Origin: Candidatus Doudnabacteria bacterium | GTDB taxonomy: Bacteria > Patescibacteriota > JAQUNI01 | DNA length: 64,000 bases | Assembly (NCBI GenBank): GCA_041644975.1 | Contig: JBAZQX010000004.1 | Coordinates: 9,189-73,188, forward strand | Direction of reading: 5' to 3' | In this document: in pieces, positions 37,979-48,152 of the stretch | Layout of the letters: the number at the start of each line of letters is the position of its first letter | Numbering within the stretch: the first letter of the stretch is position 1 | Translations under genes and position numbers: made by a program | Notes under the pieces: model-generated | Database searches by the model: none | Seen by the model: the letters and a program-made list of their open reading frames with translations, nothing else | Told to the model about the DNA's origin: nothing

Positions 37979-39568
37979 TTATACTTTCTTAAACAGCGCG
38001 CTAGAATGGGCTTTTGCATCTTTGATATTTTCGGCTTTATGTAACCGCGGTTTGGGCGTTACTAAAAAGCCCATATATTTTTTCAAGGCAAGCCGCGTCT
38101 GGGCATCAATCGCGGGCACGCTCCCAAAAAAGATGGTCACAATCGGCAAAAGGAGCCACTGCAAAACCATATAAAAATATTTATAACGCCGATGCTGCTT
38201 GGGCCGTGGCGGCACTAAAAACGTGGAAATAATCGCGGAAACGAAAATCCCAATCATAGAAAGAGTCATTAAAAGCCGCGTCAAATAGGGAAGATTGCGC
38301 GCTAAAACTGTTTCCCGAAAATCATCGCCCCCCAGAAATATAGGCATCCAACCGACGACCACTAAAATAATTGCCGTTACCGCCCAAGAATATTTCCCCT
38401 CTAACTCCCTGTAAATAATGCGCGTCTTTTTAAAAAAAGGAATGCCGCGCGTTTTTATGGAACGAAAAATCACATAAGGCAAATTTTCCACACCCCAACC
38501 CCAACGCCTCCGCTGTTTATATTGATTTACAATACTTTCCCAAAAGGATTTGCCCAAAACCGTATCCATAGAGACCGGCATATAAAGAGGAATCACGCGA
38601 TAGTTCCCGCGATAATAGAAAAAGCATTGATAGAAAATGCGCGAGTCTTCCGAGACGATATTTGTTTGCCAAAAACCGATTTCCACCGCGGTTTGGAAGC
38701 TCATCGCGTGGGAAGAAAAAGTTCCCATCCGCTCTGGCCGCTCCTGCTCCATCATATGCCAAAAGGTAGTGGAAGCGCTAGCCACGCGCGCGAGAGCCGG
38801 CGCATCCCAAAGGTTATTATTAAAGAAAGGAACGGGTTGGTAGGAAGCACGCGTCCGATTTGATGTCGCAAGATAATGATAGGCAAGACAGGAAAAATAT
38901 TTGGGGTGGACACAGGTATCGGCGTCAAAAACGGAAACGATTACATTATCATAGGGGATACCCTCTCTATCAAGCCATTTTTGGACCTCGCGACCCGCCC
39001 AAGTCTCATTAGAACCCTTGCCGGCAAGTTCGCCGATAATATCGCCAGGGTGCACCGTGACCATAAGTTTGTAAAACTCGCTGCCAAATTTTTCTTCCAA
39101 GTCCTGCGCATTTTTTAAACCGTTTTCACGATCCCTCTCTTCCACGCCGAGCACGACAATCATCTTCTTCGGGGGATAATCGGAATCCACTAGGGCTTTA
39201 AAAGTGGTTTCTAAAACCTCCAATTCTTCTTTGTAAGTAGGCAGGATAATCAAATGATAAAGCTCGCTCCATTTTTTATCACCCTGAAAACTCTGGCATT
39301 TTGAGAACCAATCCGTTTTCAAATAGCGCTTCATGCGAAAATAAGAAGCAATCTGATGGACGCAAAGATAAGAAACGCGCAAGAGCCAGTGCAAATCAAA
39401 GGCAATAATAAAAATCGCCACCCAGATAGGCTTCACAAATGAGAATATAATACAAGAAAGAAGCGTGCCCCAAGCCAAAGCCGCAGGAAGAATTTCTAAA
39501 CTGCGATAAAGGATCCGATCGCGGGGATTATCTAAACTTGTGTAGTGAGCGATACCTTTAGGGTCCAT
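37979..39568 (-). CDS. GT2 family membrane glycosyltransferase
   Basis: FDAD, SED and QRRRW motifs with TMs. Confidence 0.88.
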   Translation of the reverse strand: MDPKGIAHYTSLDNPRDRILYRSLEILPAALAWGTLLSCIIFSFVKPIWVAIFIIAFDLHWLLRVSYLCVHQIASYFRMKRYLKTDWFSKCQSFQGDKKWSELYHLIILPTYKEELEVLETTFKALVDSDYPPKKMIVVLGVEERDRENGLKNAQDLEEKFGSEFYKLMVTVHPGDIIGELAGKGSNETWAGREVQKWLDREGIPYDNVIVSVFDADTCVHPKYFSCLAYHYLATSNRTRASYQPVPFFNNNLWDAPALARVASASTTFWHMMEQERPERMGTFSSHAMSFQTAVEIGFWQTNIVSEDSRIFYQCFFYYRGNYRVIPLYMPVSMDTVLGKSFWESIVNQYKQRRRWGWGVENLPYVIFRSIKTRGIPFFKKTRIIYRELEGKYSWAVTAIILVVVGWMPIFLGGDDFRETVLARNLPYLTRLLMTLSMIGIFVSAIISTFLVPPRPKQHRRYKYFYMVLQWLLLPIVTIFFGSVPAIDAQTRLALKKYMGFLVTPKPRLHKAENIKDAKAHSSALFKKV

Positions 39569-39626
39569 AAAGAAAATGTAAAATTGAAAATGAAAAATGT
39601 AAAATAATATTTGAGATTCTACATTT

Positions 39627-40040
39627 TTATTGGTTGATATAAATCAAGCTTACTGCCCCGATTAAAACAAAAATTTGCACCGTGAACGCGGTTAAAAGTA
39701 AAATATAATTTACAAGACGATCTTTCAAATAAAACCAAAAGCCGAGGACAAAATTCATTAAAATAATGAAGAGCCCAATTAAAGGGAGGGTAAAAATACG
39801 GCGATAGGAACCAATTAAGTCAATACCAAAATAGATATTATAATGAAGAGGAATGGGATATTCCGAGGGTTTGATAAAATAAGCCAAAAAAATCCAACTT
39901 AAAATGTTAAAAAATAAGCTCCCGAAAAAAAATCCTAAATTAGTTTTATTGCGCCAAAATTGGGCGCGAAAAAAGCTCTGGACATAAGCCAGGAAACGGC
40001 TAAAAATATTTAGTTTTTCTTGATTTTGGACCTCTTGCAT
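39627..40040 (-). CDS. Membrane protein (DUF1648-like)
   Basis: IPLHYNIYFGID motif and three TMs. Confidence 0.7.
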   Translation of the reverse strand: MQEVQNQEKLNIFSRFLAYVQSFFRAQFWRNKTNLGFFFGSLFFNILSWIFLAYFIKPSEYPIPLHYNIYFGIDLIGSYRRIFTLPLIGLFIILMNFVLGFWFYLKDRLVNYILLLTAFTVQIFVLIGAVSLIYINQ

Positions 40041-40234
40041 CTTGCTATAACTATATCTAAAAAAGCCTTAAAAGTAAACCCCGTTAGATGTTTACTATCT
40101 AACAGGGTAAACAAAATATTGACAAATAAAAATAGCTGTGCTTTAATGTAGTTTCTCCCCCAAATTGATCTTTTATCAAACAAGTTTCCTGATTTTGGGA
40201 GAAGATTGGGAAAAATCATACGGAGGAATGAGAG

Positions 40235-41161
40235 ATGGCTGAACAGAAATATGTTATTGGAAGATTGGTGGCTGAAGTGAATGATAATGGCGCAATAAAT
40301 GGTGAATTAACCGATCTTACAGTTTATGAAGGAAGACGACCAGCAAAAGCCGAAGACTTTGGCGCAGATCCCGAGCAAATTGCTTTACTGAATTCCAGAA
40401 TTCCTCGTGCGAAAATCAACACTTTAGTGCGTCCCGGTGTTGGTGCGGGGATAATCTTATTTAGTCTCTATACCTTAAGACTAACACAGGAAAAATGGAT
40501 GGAAAAATTTATGATGAATGTTAAATCTCTGAAACAGAAAGCAATTATTGGTCCTCGCCGTAATATTAGAGCAGGAGGCACTTGGCTGGTGCAAGATACC
40601 TGTGCTGGGATCTTGGAAGAAAAAGATTTTATCGCAGGAGCGATAAAGGAAATGGTGGAAATTGGATTTTATGATGTTGATGGTTGGCTAAAATATATAT
40701 TGCCAGTAGAATATTCACAGTATCAAGATATGCTAGATCAAGAACAGAAAAGTGTTTGGCAACTTTTCGGCGGTCCTGATTTTAAACCAATTAAGGAGGA
40801 AATGGTAAATATATTAAAAGCGCGAGATAGCCTTAATGGTTTTTCTGTGATACTGTCCGGGGAAGAGAATTCTGGAAGCGCTGAAATTACACTACTAACT
40901 TCAATAAGTCTGCCAATAATAGAAAAAGGTTGGCTAATAACAGATCTGGAAACCGGTAGCGATGATGAAAGAGGAGAATTTTTACTAAACAGGAAGGTGT
41001 TGGTTATAGCAGAAAGACAAATGAAAACCCCTATCCAGATTGGATTTGGAGATGAGGGGATGGATCTTGATTATCCAGCTATAGCCATGGAGGGTGAGAA
41101 TCTTTTACTGAATACAAATGCTAAGGTGCGCTCAATGATGGCGTATCTAGGTTGGATCTAA
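40235..41161 (+). CDS. Hypothetical protein
   Basis: 308-aa ORF with SD GGAGG. Confidence 0.65.
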   Translation: MAEQKYVIGRLVAEVNDNGAINGELTDLTVYEGRRPAKAEDFGADPEQIALLNSRIPRAKINTLVRPGVGAGIILFSLYTLRLTQEKWMEKFMMNVKSLKQKAIIGPRRNIRAGGTWLVQDTCAGILEEKDFIAGAIKEMVEIGFYDVDGWLKYILPVEYSQYQDMLDQEQKSVWQLFGGPDFKPIKEEMVNILKARDSLNGFSVILSGEENSGSAEITLLTSISLPIIEKGWLITDLETGSDDERGEFLLNRKVLVIAERQMKTPIQIGFGDEGMDLDYPAIAMEGENLLLNTNAKVRSMMAYLGWI

Positions 41162-41221
41162 GAATCTGTAGAAGACTTTGGTTCAAGTCGGGAGACTTGA
41201 ACCAATAAAAGGAGTAAGAAA

Positions 41222-41752
41222 ATGAGAATGACAAAAGTGAAGAAAACGCAAGATTTCGGCTTAATCGGCTTAATCAGAGTAGAAAATGTAGGAGACAAAT
41301 GGGAAATTTTCGATAGAAACAAAGGTGAGTATATCGGGAAAGACTACGATCAGGTTTATAAACCAATAGTACATAATCAACGATATGCAATGGCTTTTAT
41401 AAAAGATGGGGATACGAGTATAATATTTGACGGCACACCTTTAAATGCAGGTTACGTTAAAATTAAAGGATTACAATTCAGCCCGGATGGTAGGCGTATC
41501 GGTTACATAGGAATGTTGAAAACGGGAGAATTTGTAGCAATGAGCCATGCAGATCCTCATTATGGATCTTCCAAAGGATATTTTCAGTCTGATCCTTCTA
41601 AATCAATTACGAACTTAAAGATGCGGAATGACGATATATCCTTCGATATAAGAAAAAAGGGTGGTAAAAAACGGGGTTATAGTATTGCTTTAGCGAAACT
41701 AAAAGAAGAACCTGACGACACAGACTGGGATGCAGTATTCCATAAAAAATAA
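41222..41752 (+). CDS. Hypothetical protein with TolB/WD40-like FSPDG repeat
   Basis: LQFSPDGRRIGY; SD AGGAG; hairpin plus T-tract after the stop. Confidence 0.6.
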   Translation: MRMTKVKKTQDFGLIGLIRVENVGDKWEIFDRNKGEYIGKDYDQVYKPIVHNQRYAMAFIKDGDTSIIFDGTPLNAGYVKIKGLQFSPDGRRIGYIGMLKTGEFVAMSHADPHYGSSKGYFQSDPSKSITNLKMRNDDISFDIRKKGGKKRGYSIALAKLKEEPDDTDWDAVFHKK

Positions 41753-41975
41753 TTTCAATGACTGAAAAATCTAGACTGATTTAAAAATCAGTCTTTTTTT
41801 ATATTTTCGATTTCATAACCCACCCCTACCCTCCCTTATCAGGGAGGGAGTAAAACAATTGCTGAAAAATAATACGTAGTTTATAATAAAGATGAAGATA
41901 AAAATTATCAATGAGATTGCTTCGTCGTCCCTCGGCAAGCTCGGGACTTCTCGCAATGACAGTATAAAATAAACA

Positions 41976-43595
41976 ATGCACACAAAAAGTAAAATCACCA
42001 TAGTTTTATTTTTATTGATTTTGATTCTCGCTGGCATCTTCCGTTTTTGGCAAATCCGGGATCTCCCTGGCGGACTCTACTCGGATGAAGGCGCGAACGG
42101 GTTGGATGTTTTGGATATCTTATCCGGCAAGAACCGCGATGTCTTTTATGAGCGCAACTACGGTCGGGAGGGATTATTCTTCTACCTGCTCGCTCTCTCG
42201 GTTAAAATTTTTGGCATTGGTGTCTGGCAAATGAAAATCGTCTCGGGGATTTTAGGGATCCTCACGATTATTGGCCTTTATCTCTTGACCAAAACACTTT
42301 TTAACCGCACGATCGCGCTTTTAGCCTCTCTATTTGCCGCGGTGTCTATTCCTTATACTTTTTTGAGCCGCGTGGCTTTCCGCGCCAATATGCTGCCTTT
42401 TGTCTCGGTTTTTCTTTTTTATTTCTGTGTTAAGACCCTTAAAGATAAAAAGGATGAATACTTTTATTCTTTTTTAGCCGGCATCTTCTTAGCCTTAGGA
42501 TTTTATACCTATATCTCCTTCCGCATTGTCCCCTTCTGCATCATCGCTCTCATCATCCTATTTGAAATTATTTCCCGCCGCACTGGCAACCCAAAAGGAT
42601 TCATTGTCCCCCACCGTAAACAAATTTTCACCGCTCTTATCGCTTTTCTGATTGCCATCGCGCCTCTTGCCTTCTATTTCTACCAACACCCATCTTCTTT
42701 CTTCGGCCGCGCCAATGATGTTTCTATTTTGAATCCCAATCTAGCGCATGGCCCTTTTTATTATCTCCTCCGCAATATTGGCATTACCGCAATTATGTTT
42801 AATGTTTATGGCGATGCCAATTGGCGCCATAACCTTTCGGAAGCGCCATTTTTTGACCCCGTGACTGGCGTTCTTTTTTTAGTCGGCTTGATCATCGCAG
42901 CGACTATATTTTTAAAAACAGGCTTAAAAGTTTTAAAACATAAAGACATCGCTTTGCGCGAAACCTTTGCCGGCTATCTTCTTATTTTTGGCTGGTTTTT
43001 CAGCCTCCTTGTTCCGATGATGGCGACAGAAGAAGCAATCCCGCATTTCTTGCGCAGCATTGGTATTATCCCTGTCGTGTTTATTTTTCCCGCTTTGGGT
43101 CTGCGCGCCCTTTTCTTACGCATCCGCTACCGACCAGTGATGCTCGGCTTTCTGCTCCTTCTTTCAGTTGTCTTTGTGGTCAACTATAATCTCTGGCTAT
43201 ATTTTCAAGTAGCTAAAAATGCTTACGGATATTATACCTCCTATTATGGCGATTTAACTTTGGCAAGTCGCTACATCAACGAAATTAATGCGAGTAATGC
43301 TAAATTCCCTACCATTAACAGCGCCAACACTTTCCTTGTGCTTGATGACAAAGCTGACCGCACAGTCCGCTTCTTGACTGCGCCCGCGAATCCTTATATT
43401 TTAATACCAATAAACGCAGAGATAAAAACGACCTATCCCGAGAGCGCAAGAATTATCTTTCCCTCTTTAAGTTTCAATCGCTTGGCTTCCTTCCAGAACA
43501 TTTTCCCGGAAGCGAGATTAATTTATGAAGAATACAATCGGTTTGGGGAAAAAGCATTTGAAGTATACACAATAATTTTTAATTCTAAATTTTAA
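41976..43595 (+). CDS. GT39/ArnT-like glycosyltransferase
   Basis: GLYSDEGANG, GREGLFFY, GFYTY, multiple TMs. Confidence 0.85.
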   Translation: MHTKSKITIVLFLLILILAGIFRFWQIRDLPGGLYSDEGANGLDVLDILSGKNRDVFYERNYGREGLFFYLLALSVKIFGIGVWQMKIVSGILGILTIIGLYLLTKTLFNRTIALLASLFAAVSIPYTFLSRVAFRANMLPFVSVFLFYFCVKTLKDKKDEYFYSFLAGIFLALGFYTYISFRIVPFCIIALIILFEIISRRTGNPKGFIVPHRKQIFTALIAFLIAIAPLAFYFYQHPSSFFGRANDVSILNPNLAHGPFYYLLRNIGITAIMFNVYGDANWRHNLSEAPFFDPVTGVLFLVGLIIAATIFLKTGLKVLKHKDIALRETFAGYLLIFGWFFSLLVPMMATEEAIPHFLRSIGIIPVVFIFPALGLRALFLRIRYRPVMLGFLLLLSVVFVVNYNLWLYFQVAKNAYGYYTSYYGDLTLASRYINEINASNAKFPTINSANTFLVLDDKADRTVRFLTAPANPYILIPINAEIKTTYPESARIIFPSLSFNRLASFQNIFPEARLIYEEYNRFGEKAFEVYTIIFNSKF

Positions 43596-43778
43596 ATTTT
43601 TCCGCCCAAGGCGGATCAGCTCTTCGAGTCTGAAGACTCATCAGAGTCTGAACGACCTAGGGCTGAAAATCAATTTGAAAATCCAAATTTTAAATTTTTT
43701 AATTTTAAAACTTTTTTTGTTTTAGAATTTAAAATTAAAGCATTTAAAATTGAATTAAAATTAAGAATTAAAAATTTT

Positions 43779-45530
43779 ATGTCTAAACTGACTAAAATTC
43801 TCCCCCCTCTCTTAATTATCATAATGGTCTTGATCTCTTTCTTCTCCGTCCGCCAGGATTCCGCGATTATGGACGAGGTCGCCCATATCCCTGCTGGCTA
43901 TTCCTACCTTAAATATCAAGATTACCGCTTAAACCCCGAGCATCCCCCTTTAGCGAAAATGCTGGCTGCTCTTCCTCTCCTTTTCTTGCACCTCCAATTC
44001 CCCTTAAATCATCCCTCTTGGACAACCGATGTGAATGGTCAATGGGAAGCGGGATATCAATTTTTATACCACCTTGGCAATGACGCGGATAAAATACTCC
44101 TCTGGTCGCGCCTGCCGATCATCGCTCTTTTAATTTTGCTGGGGATCTATGTTTGGAAATGGGCGAAAGAACTTCTGGGAGCAAAATGGGCGCTTGCGGT
44201 TCTGTTTTTATATACTTTCTCTCCCACGATCATTGCCCATAGCCACTATGTGACCACTGATTTGGCCGCGACATGCTTTATCTTTATCGCCTTTTATTAT
44301 TTTGTTCATTATTTAAAAAAACCGAGCCTTAAGAATACTCTCTTGGCTGGTCTTGCTCTGGGTTTAGCCGAGGTCGCTAAATTTTCGGCGGTTCTTCTTT
44401 TCCCGTGTTTTGTTCTTCTTGCCCTTGTCTCTCTCCTTTTGAACAGGCCTCCTCAAACCTCGTGGCTCAAGCAAACAAAAAACCATATCGGCAAATTTAT
44501 TCTGATTTGTTTGATTGCGCTCGGAGTAATCCTCATTGTCTATCAACCCGCGGTCTGGGCTTTCAATTTAGAAAAACAACAAGAGTTAATCCGCGGTTCT
44601 ATCGGGCCGGAAAAAATTGAAAATATTGTGCTCGCTATAAGTAAAATCCCAGGCGCCCAAGGCCTTGCTCAATACATCTTGGGTATTGTGATGGTCTTTG
44701 CCCGCGTGGGAGGCGGCAACACCAATTACTTCTTAGGTCAGGTTTCTAATCAAGGGTGGTGGTATTATTTCCCAACCTGTTTTTTTCTAAAAGAAACAAT
44801 TTCGGTCTTAATCTTAACGGGATTAGCTTTGCTTTTTGTGATTCGTAAATTTGCCACCAATCTCGTAAAAGATCGTTCGCGCAAATGGCTTCCTTGGCTT
44901 AGGGAATACGCGCTTTGTCATCTGGCGGAAATCTCAATGGTAGTTTTTATCATTGTTTATGGGGTGGTCAGTATGAAGGGCAAACTGAACTTAGGTGTCC
45001 GCCACATTATGGTCCTTTTCCCCTTTATCTACATTTTAATCATTAAAGAATTTAAACGGCGTACAGCAGAAACCGCCTACAAAAAACTTTTCACAGGAAT
45101 ATTAATTGTTCTCCTTGTTTGGGTTGGCGTGGAAGTCACGATAAATTATCCTTCGTACCTTGCTTATTATAGCGAACTCACTGGCGGCTCAAAGAATGGT
45201 TACAAATTTATCACGGATTCCAATCTGGACTGGGGGCAGGATTTAAGACGTATGGCGGAATGGGTGAACGCTAACCCTGATATCCAAAAGATTAAAGTGG
45301 ATTATTTTGGCGGCGGAGTACCCTCTTATTATCTTGGCGATAAATATCAAGAATGGCATTCGCAGAATGGACCAACAACGGGTTGGATTGCTGTCAGCAC
45401 CAACTATTTTTCTGAAAGTATTTATCGCAAAGATTCCACCCTTGCCACCTCTTATTACTATCTGGAATTAAGAAAGCCCGAAAAAATCTTCGGGCATTCC
45501 ATATTTGTGTATTATATACCAGAAAAGTAA
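43779..45530 (+). CDS. GT39/ArnT-like glycosyltransferase
   Basis: DEVAHIPAGY..NPEHPP, AKFS, GVRH, TDSNLDWGQD. Confidence 0.87.
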   Translation: MSKLTKILPPLLIIIMVLISFFSVRQDSAIMDEVAHIPAGYSYLKYQDYRLNPEHPPLAKMLAALPLLFLHLQFPLNHPSWTTDVNGQWEAGYQFLYHLGNDADKILLWSRLPIIALLILLGIYVWKWAKELLGAKWALAVLFLYTFSPTIIAHSHYVTTDLAATCFIFIAFYYFVHYLKKPSLKNTLLAGLALGLAEVAKFSAVLLFPCFVLLALVSLLLNRPPQTSWLKQTKNHIGKFILICLIALGVILIVYQPAVWAFNLEKQQELIRGSIGPEKIENIVLAISKIPGAQGLAQYILGIVMVFARVGGGNTNYFLGQVSNQGWWYYFPTCFFLKETISVLILTGLALLFVIRKFATNLVKDRSRKWLPWLREYALCHLAEISMVVFIIVYGVVSMKGKLNLGVRHIMVLFPFIYILIIKEFKRRTAETAYKKLFTGILIVLLVWVGVEVTINYPSYLAYYSELTGGSKNGYKFITDSNLDWGQDLRRMAEWVNANPDIQKIKVDYFGGGVPSYYLGDKYQEWHSQNGPTTGWIAVSTNYFSESIYRKDSTLATSYYYLELRKPEKIFGHSIFVYYIPEK

Positions 45531-45662
45531 ATTTTAAATTCTTAATTTTTAATTTTAAATCAATTTTAAATGCTTGAATTTTAAATTTTAAAACAAAGAA
45601 TAAAAAGTTTTAAAATTAAGGATTTGAAATTTGGATTTGATTTAAAATTTAGAATTTAAAAT

Positions 45663-46715
45663 TTATTTATAATACACCAATCCCTGCACTCTCAAATCAA
45701 TATAGTATTTAATTTCTTTATTATTTTTCCCAATATCCTCTTTAAAAACTAAGGTTAAAGCTTCAAGTTGGTTTTGCAGGCTCTGTTTAGTATCAAAAAA
45801 TATTTGATAACCTTTGTCCGTTTTGATATATAAGTCGCGGGAATCAGAGATCGGCACAATGAATTCTTGGACTTTCAAATCCGTCTTTAAAGATAACAAA
45901 TCCTGCACTTGAAAAAGAAAACGCAAGAAAGAGGGATCTAAAATCTGCTCACGCGGCTCTACTTTTTTAAAAGACTGGTCATAAAGAACGGGTAATCCCT
46001 TTTCCCATACCGTTTCCTCGGGAATTTCCTCGCCAATTCTTCCCTCTGCATCTAAAAAGTAATAAAGAATAGTGGGATTTTCGGGATAGGAGGTTTGAGT
46101 CAAGATGGCTTGCGACTCCTTATCTTTAACTTCCCCGATTTCCTCCCTACTCGTAGAATCACTGGCAAAAGCTTCAGGGGGTAAAAATAAATCCTGCGGC
46201 GCGCCATTTGCCCAAATCGCTTTCGGCTCCCTCTCGGTAATGGTAATCTTTAAAACATCCGGAAATTCTTTTTTAATGTCTATTTTCTCAATCTGGGCAA
46301 AATGGTCATAGATTACGCTACTTAAATGCTTTTTACCGGCAATGATCAGATTTTCTTTGGGAAAAATAAAAGCGCGTCCCTTTAAATTCTCTCGCGCCAA
46401 CTTTTCCACATCTTCACCCTTGACATTAACATTGCCCACCACTACGATCTCCTTGATTTGCCAGAACGGAAAAAAGAATAAAAAATAAACGAGCGAACCT
46501 AACGCAAGCAAAAAAAGAAAAAAGGCAATTTTCCGCTGCAAATGTCCCGAAGACTCGCGGGCGCGAAAACGAGGAGTCGCGAGATAAATCCTGGGGCTCG
46601 CCAGGGTCCGCTTTTTCCTAAAAAACCCGCGCTTCCACTCCACTCTCCTTTTGCGGGATTTTTGTTTATACGGATTTAAGTATAATTTTTTGCGGCTGGG
46701 TTTGTGAGAAAACAC
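45663..46715 (-). CDS. ftsQ: Cell division protein FtsQ/DivIB
   Basis: TM, POTRA (IKEIVVVGN..KKEFPDVLKITITER), C-terminal YIDLR. Confidence 0.85.
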   Translation of the reverse strand: MFSHKPSRKKLYLNPYKQKSRKRRVEWKRGFFRKKRTLASPRIYLATPRFRARESSGHLQRKIAFFLFLLALGSLVYFLFFFPFWQIKEIVVVGNVNVKGEDVEKLARENLKGRAFIFPKENLIIAGKKHLSSVIYDHFAQIEKIDIKKEFPDVLKITITEREPKAIWANGAPQDLFLPPEAFASDSTSREEIGEVKDKESQAILTQTSYPENPTILYYFLDAEGRIGEEIPEETVWEKGLPVLYDQSFKKVEPREQILDPSFLRFLFQVQDLLSLKTDLKVQEFIVPISDSRDLYIKTDKGYQIFFDTKQSLQNQLEALTLVFKEDIGKNNKEIKYYIDLRVQGLVYYK

Positions 46716-46829
46716 TTGACAAAATGCTAAGGTTTATTATATAATATTAATTCGCTCTTTGATGGTACATTCTACATTTAGTTGCGCTTTGAACAGTTAT
46801 AAAAAATCCTAATTATAAGGAGAGACGCT

Positions 46830-47324
46830 ATGTCTTTTAATAACGATATATATGATAGTTTTGGGGATATAATAATACCCCAAGAGAAGAAAAAAGTCGT
46901 AGCAGAAAAATTAGAAGGGATTACACAAGAAATAGAAGAACTCTCTGCTAATTTGGTGCAACTCAACTCTGTGGAATTGTTAAAAGAGATCCTTTCCCTC
47001 CTTAAGCAAGGAAAGCGAGGAGAAGCAGAGGAAACCATTGGAAAAGCATGGACAACTCTGGAACGTGAGTATTATAGTCTCGCGGAAGGATCCTCTCTTA
47101 TCCCTACTGAAAAGAAATAAAAACTATGTAAAATAGCCTCTTTAATAGAAGGGGCTGAGGACGATTTTATAACCCAAGGATTAGATACTAACGTGTCTTT
47201 TTCTTTGGGTGGGGATAGCCATATAAGAACCATTAAACAGGACATGTGGCTCCCTCCAGATAAAAGAGTCTATCCAGTGCTTTTGATGGGATTGATGAAA
47301 GCTACATCCATGCCGCAACCCTAA
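46830..47324 (+). pseudogene. Hypothetical gene with probable premature TAA at 47118-47120
   Basis: Frame stays open for 67 more codons after the stop and ends at a terminator-like hairpin (47313-47341). Confidence 0.45.
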
Positions 47325-47477
47325 AAGTTGCGGATTTTTTTATAAAAATTGAAATATGATTTTTTACGATGCAATTTCCCAAACACTTGCTCTGTGATTA
47401 ATTTTCTGCTTTAATATAAACAGGTTTGTTCCTGAACGCACCCTTAATGCACCTTGAATATCTTCAGGAGGTAGAAA

Positions 47478-47753
47478 ATGGCGGAAGGTTTAAATTTAAA
47501 ACTAAGCCCTGTTCAAAGCTTAACAGTAAGATTAATTGCTGGAAAAGAAAATATGACAGGAGAAGAAATAATAACTGTCGCTCTAAACCTATATGAAACC
47601 GTACAGGGTGAGCTAGACTCATCACCTGACCGAGTAGCCTTAGCATTAGTGAAAAACAATGGAGAAGTTTATAAGGAAATAATCCTCCCTAACCATATTC
47701 CAATACTACCCGCTCATACCAATATAATTTCAATACAAAAAACATCATCTTAA
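47478..47753 (+). CDS. Small hypothetical protein, paralog of the next ORF
   Basis: SD AGGAGG; shares AL..EL..LALV..KEI.LP.H with 47767. Confidence 0.65.
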   Translation: MAEGLNLKLSPVQSLTVRLIAGKENMTGEEIITVALNLYETVQGELDSSPDRVALALVKNNGEVYKEIILPNHIPILPAHTNIISIQKTSS

Positions 47754-47766
47754 AGGAGGTTTAGTA

Positions 47767-48042
47767 ATGTCAGAGTTGAGTATCACATTTAGTAAGAACT
47801 GGAGCGCCGAGATAAAAAGAATGGCTGAAAAAAGGGGAATAGAACCAAAAAACTTGATTTTAGACGCGCTGACTGTACTATCAGTCTTAGAAGAAGAACT
47901 AGCTTCTGGAGAGGGAAAACAAGGTTTAGCTTTAGTAAGCCCCCGTTTCCGAATCAGAAAAGAAATAGTGCTTCCCCGTCATTCCTCTAAACTATTAACA
48001 CAGAATTCGCTTACAATAGGGCCCACGCTCGCCGTAGACTAA
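47767..48042 (+). CDS. Small ribbon-helix-helix-like protein
   Basis: LSITFS strand then EIKRMAEKRGI..LILDAL helices; SD AGGAGG. Confidence 0.6.
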   Translation: MSELSITFSKNWSAEIKRMAEKRGIEPKNLILDALTVLSVLEEELASGEGKQGLALVSPRFRIRKEIVLPRHSSKLLTQNSLTIGPTLAVD

Positions 48043-48071
48043 AAATCTACGGTTTTTTTTTATTCTACTAG

Positions 48072-48148
48072 ACCCCTCCCCAGCCTCCCGTAGGTCAAGG
48101 GGAGGAAAATTTTCACTCCCCCTTGCCAAGGGGGAGAAAAGAGGGGGT
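48072..48148. repeat. CCCCTCCC.GCCTCCC..GGGGAGG REP-like repeat (related at 9421, 32877, 41819)
   Basis: Palindromic C-rich/G-rich units. Confidence 0.7.
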
Positions 48149-48152
48149 CTTT

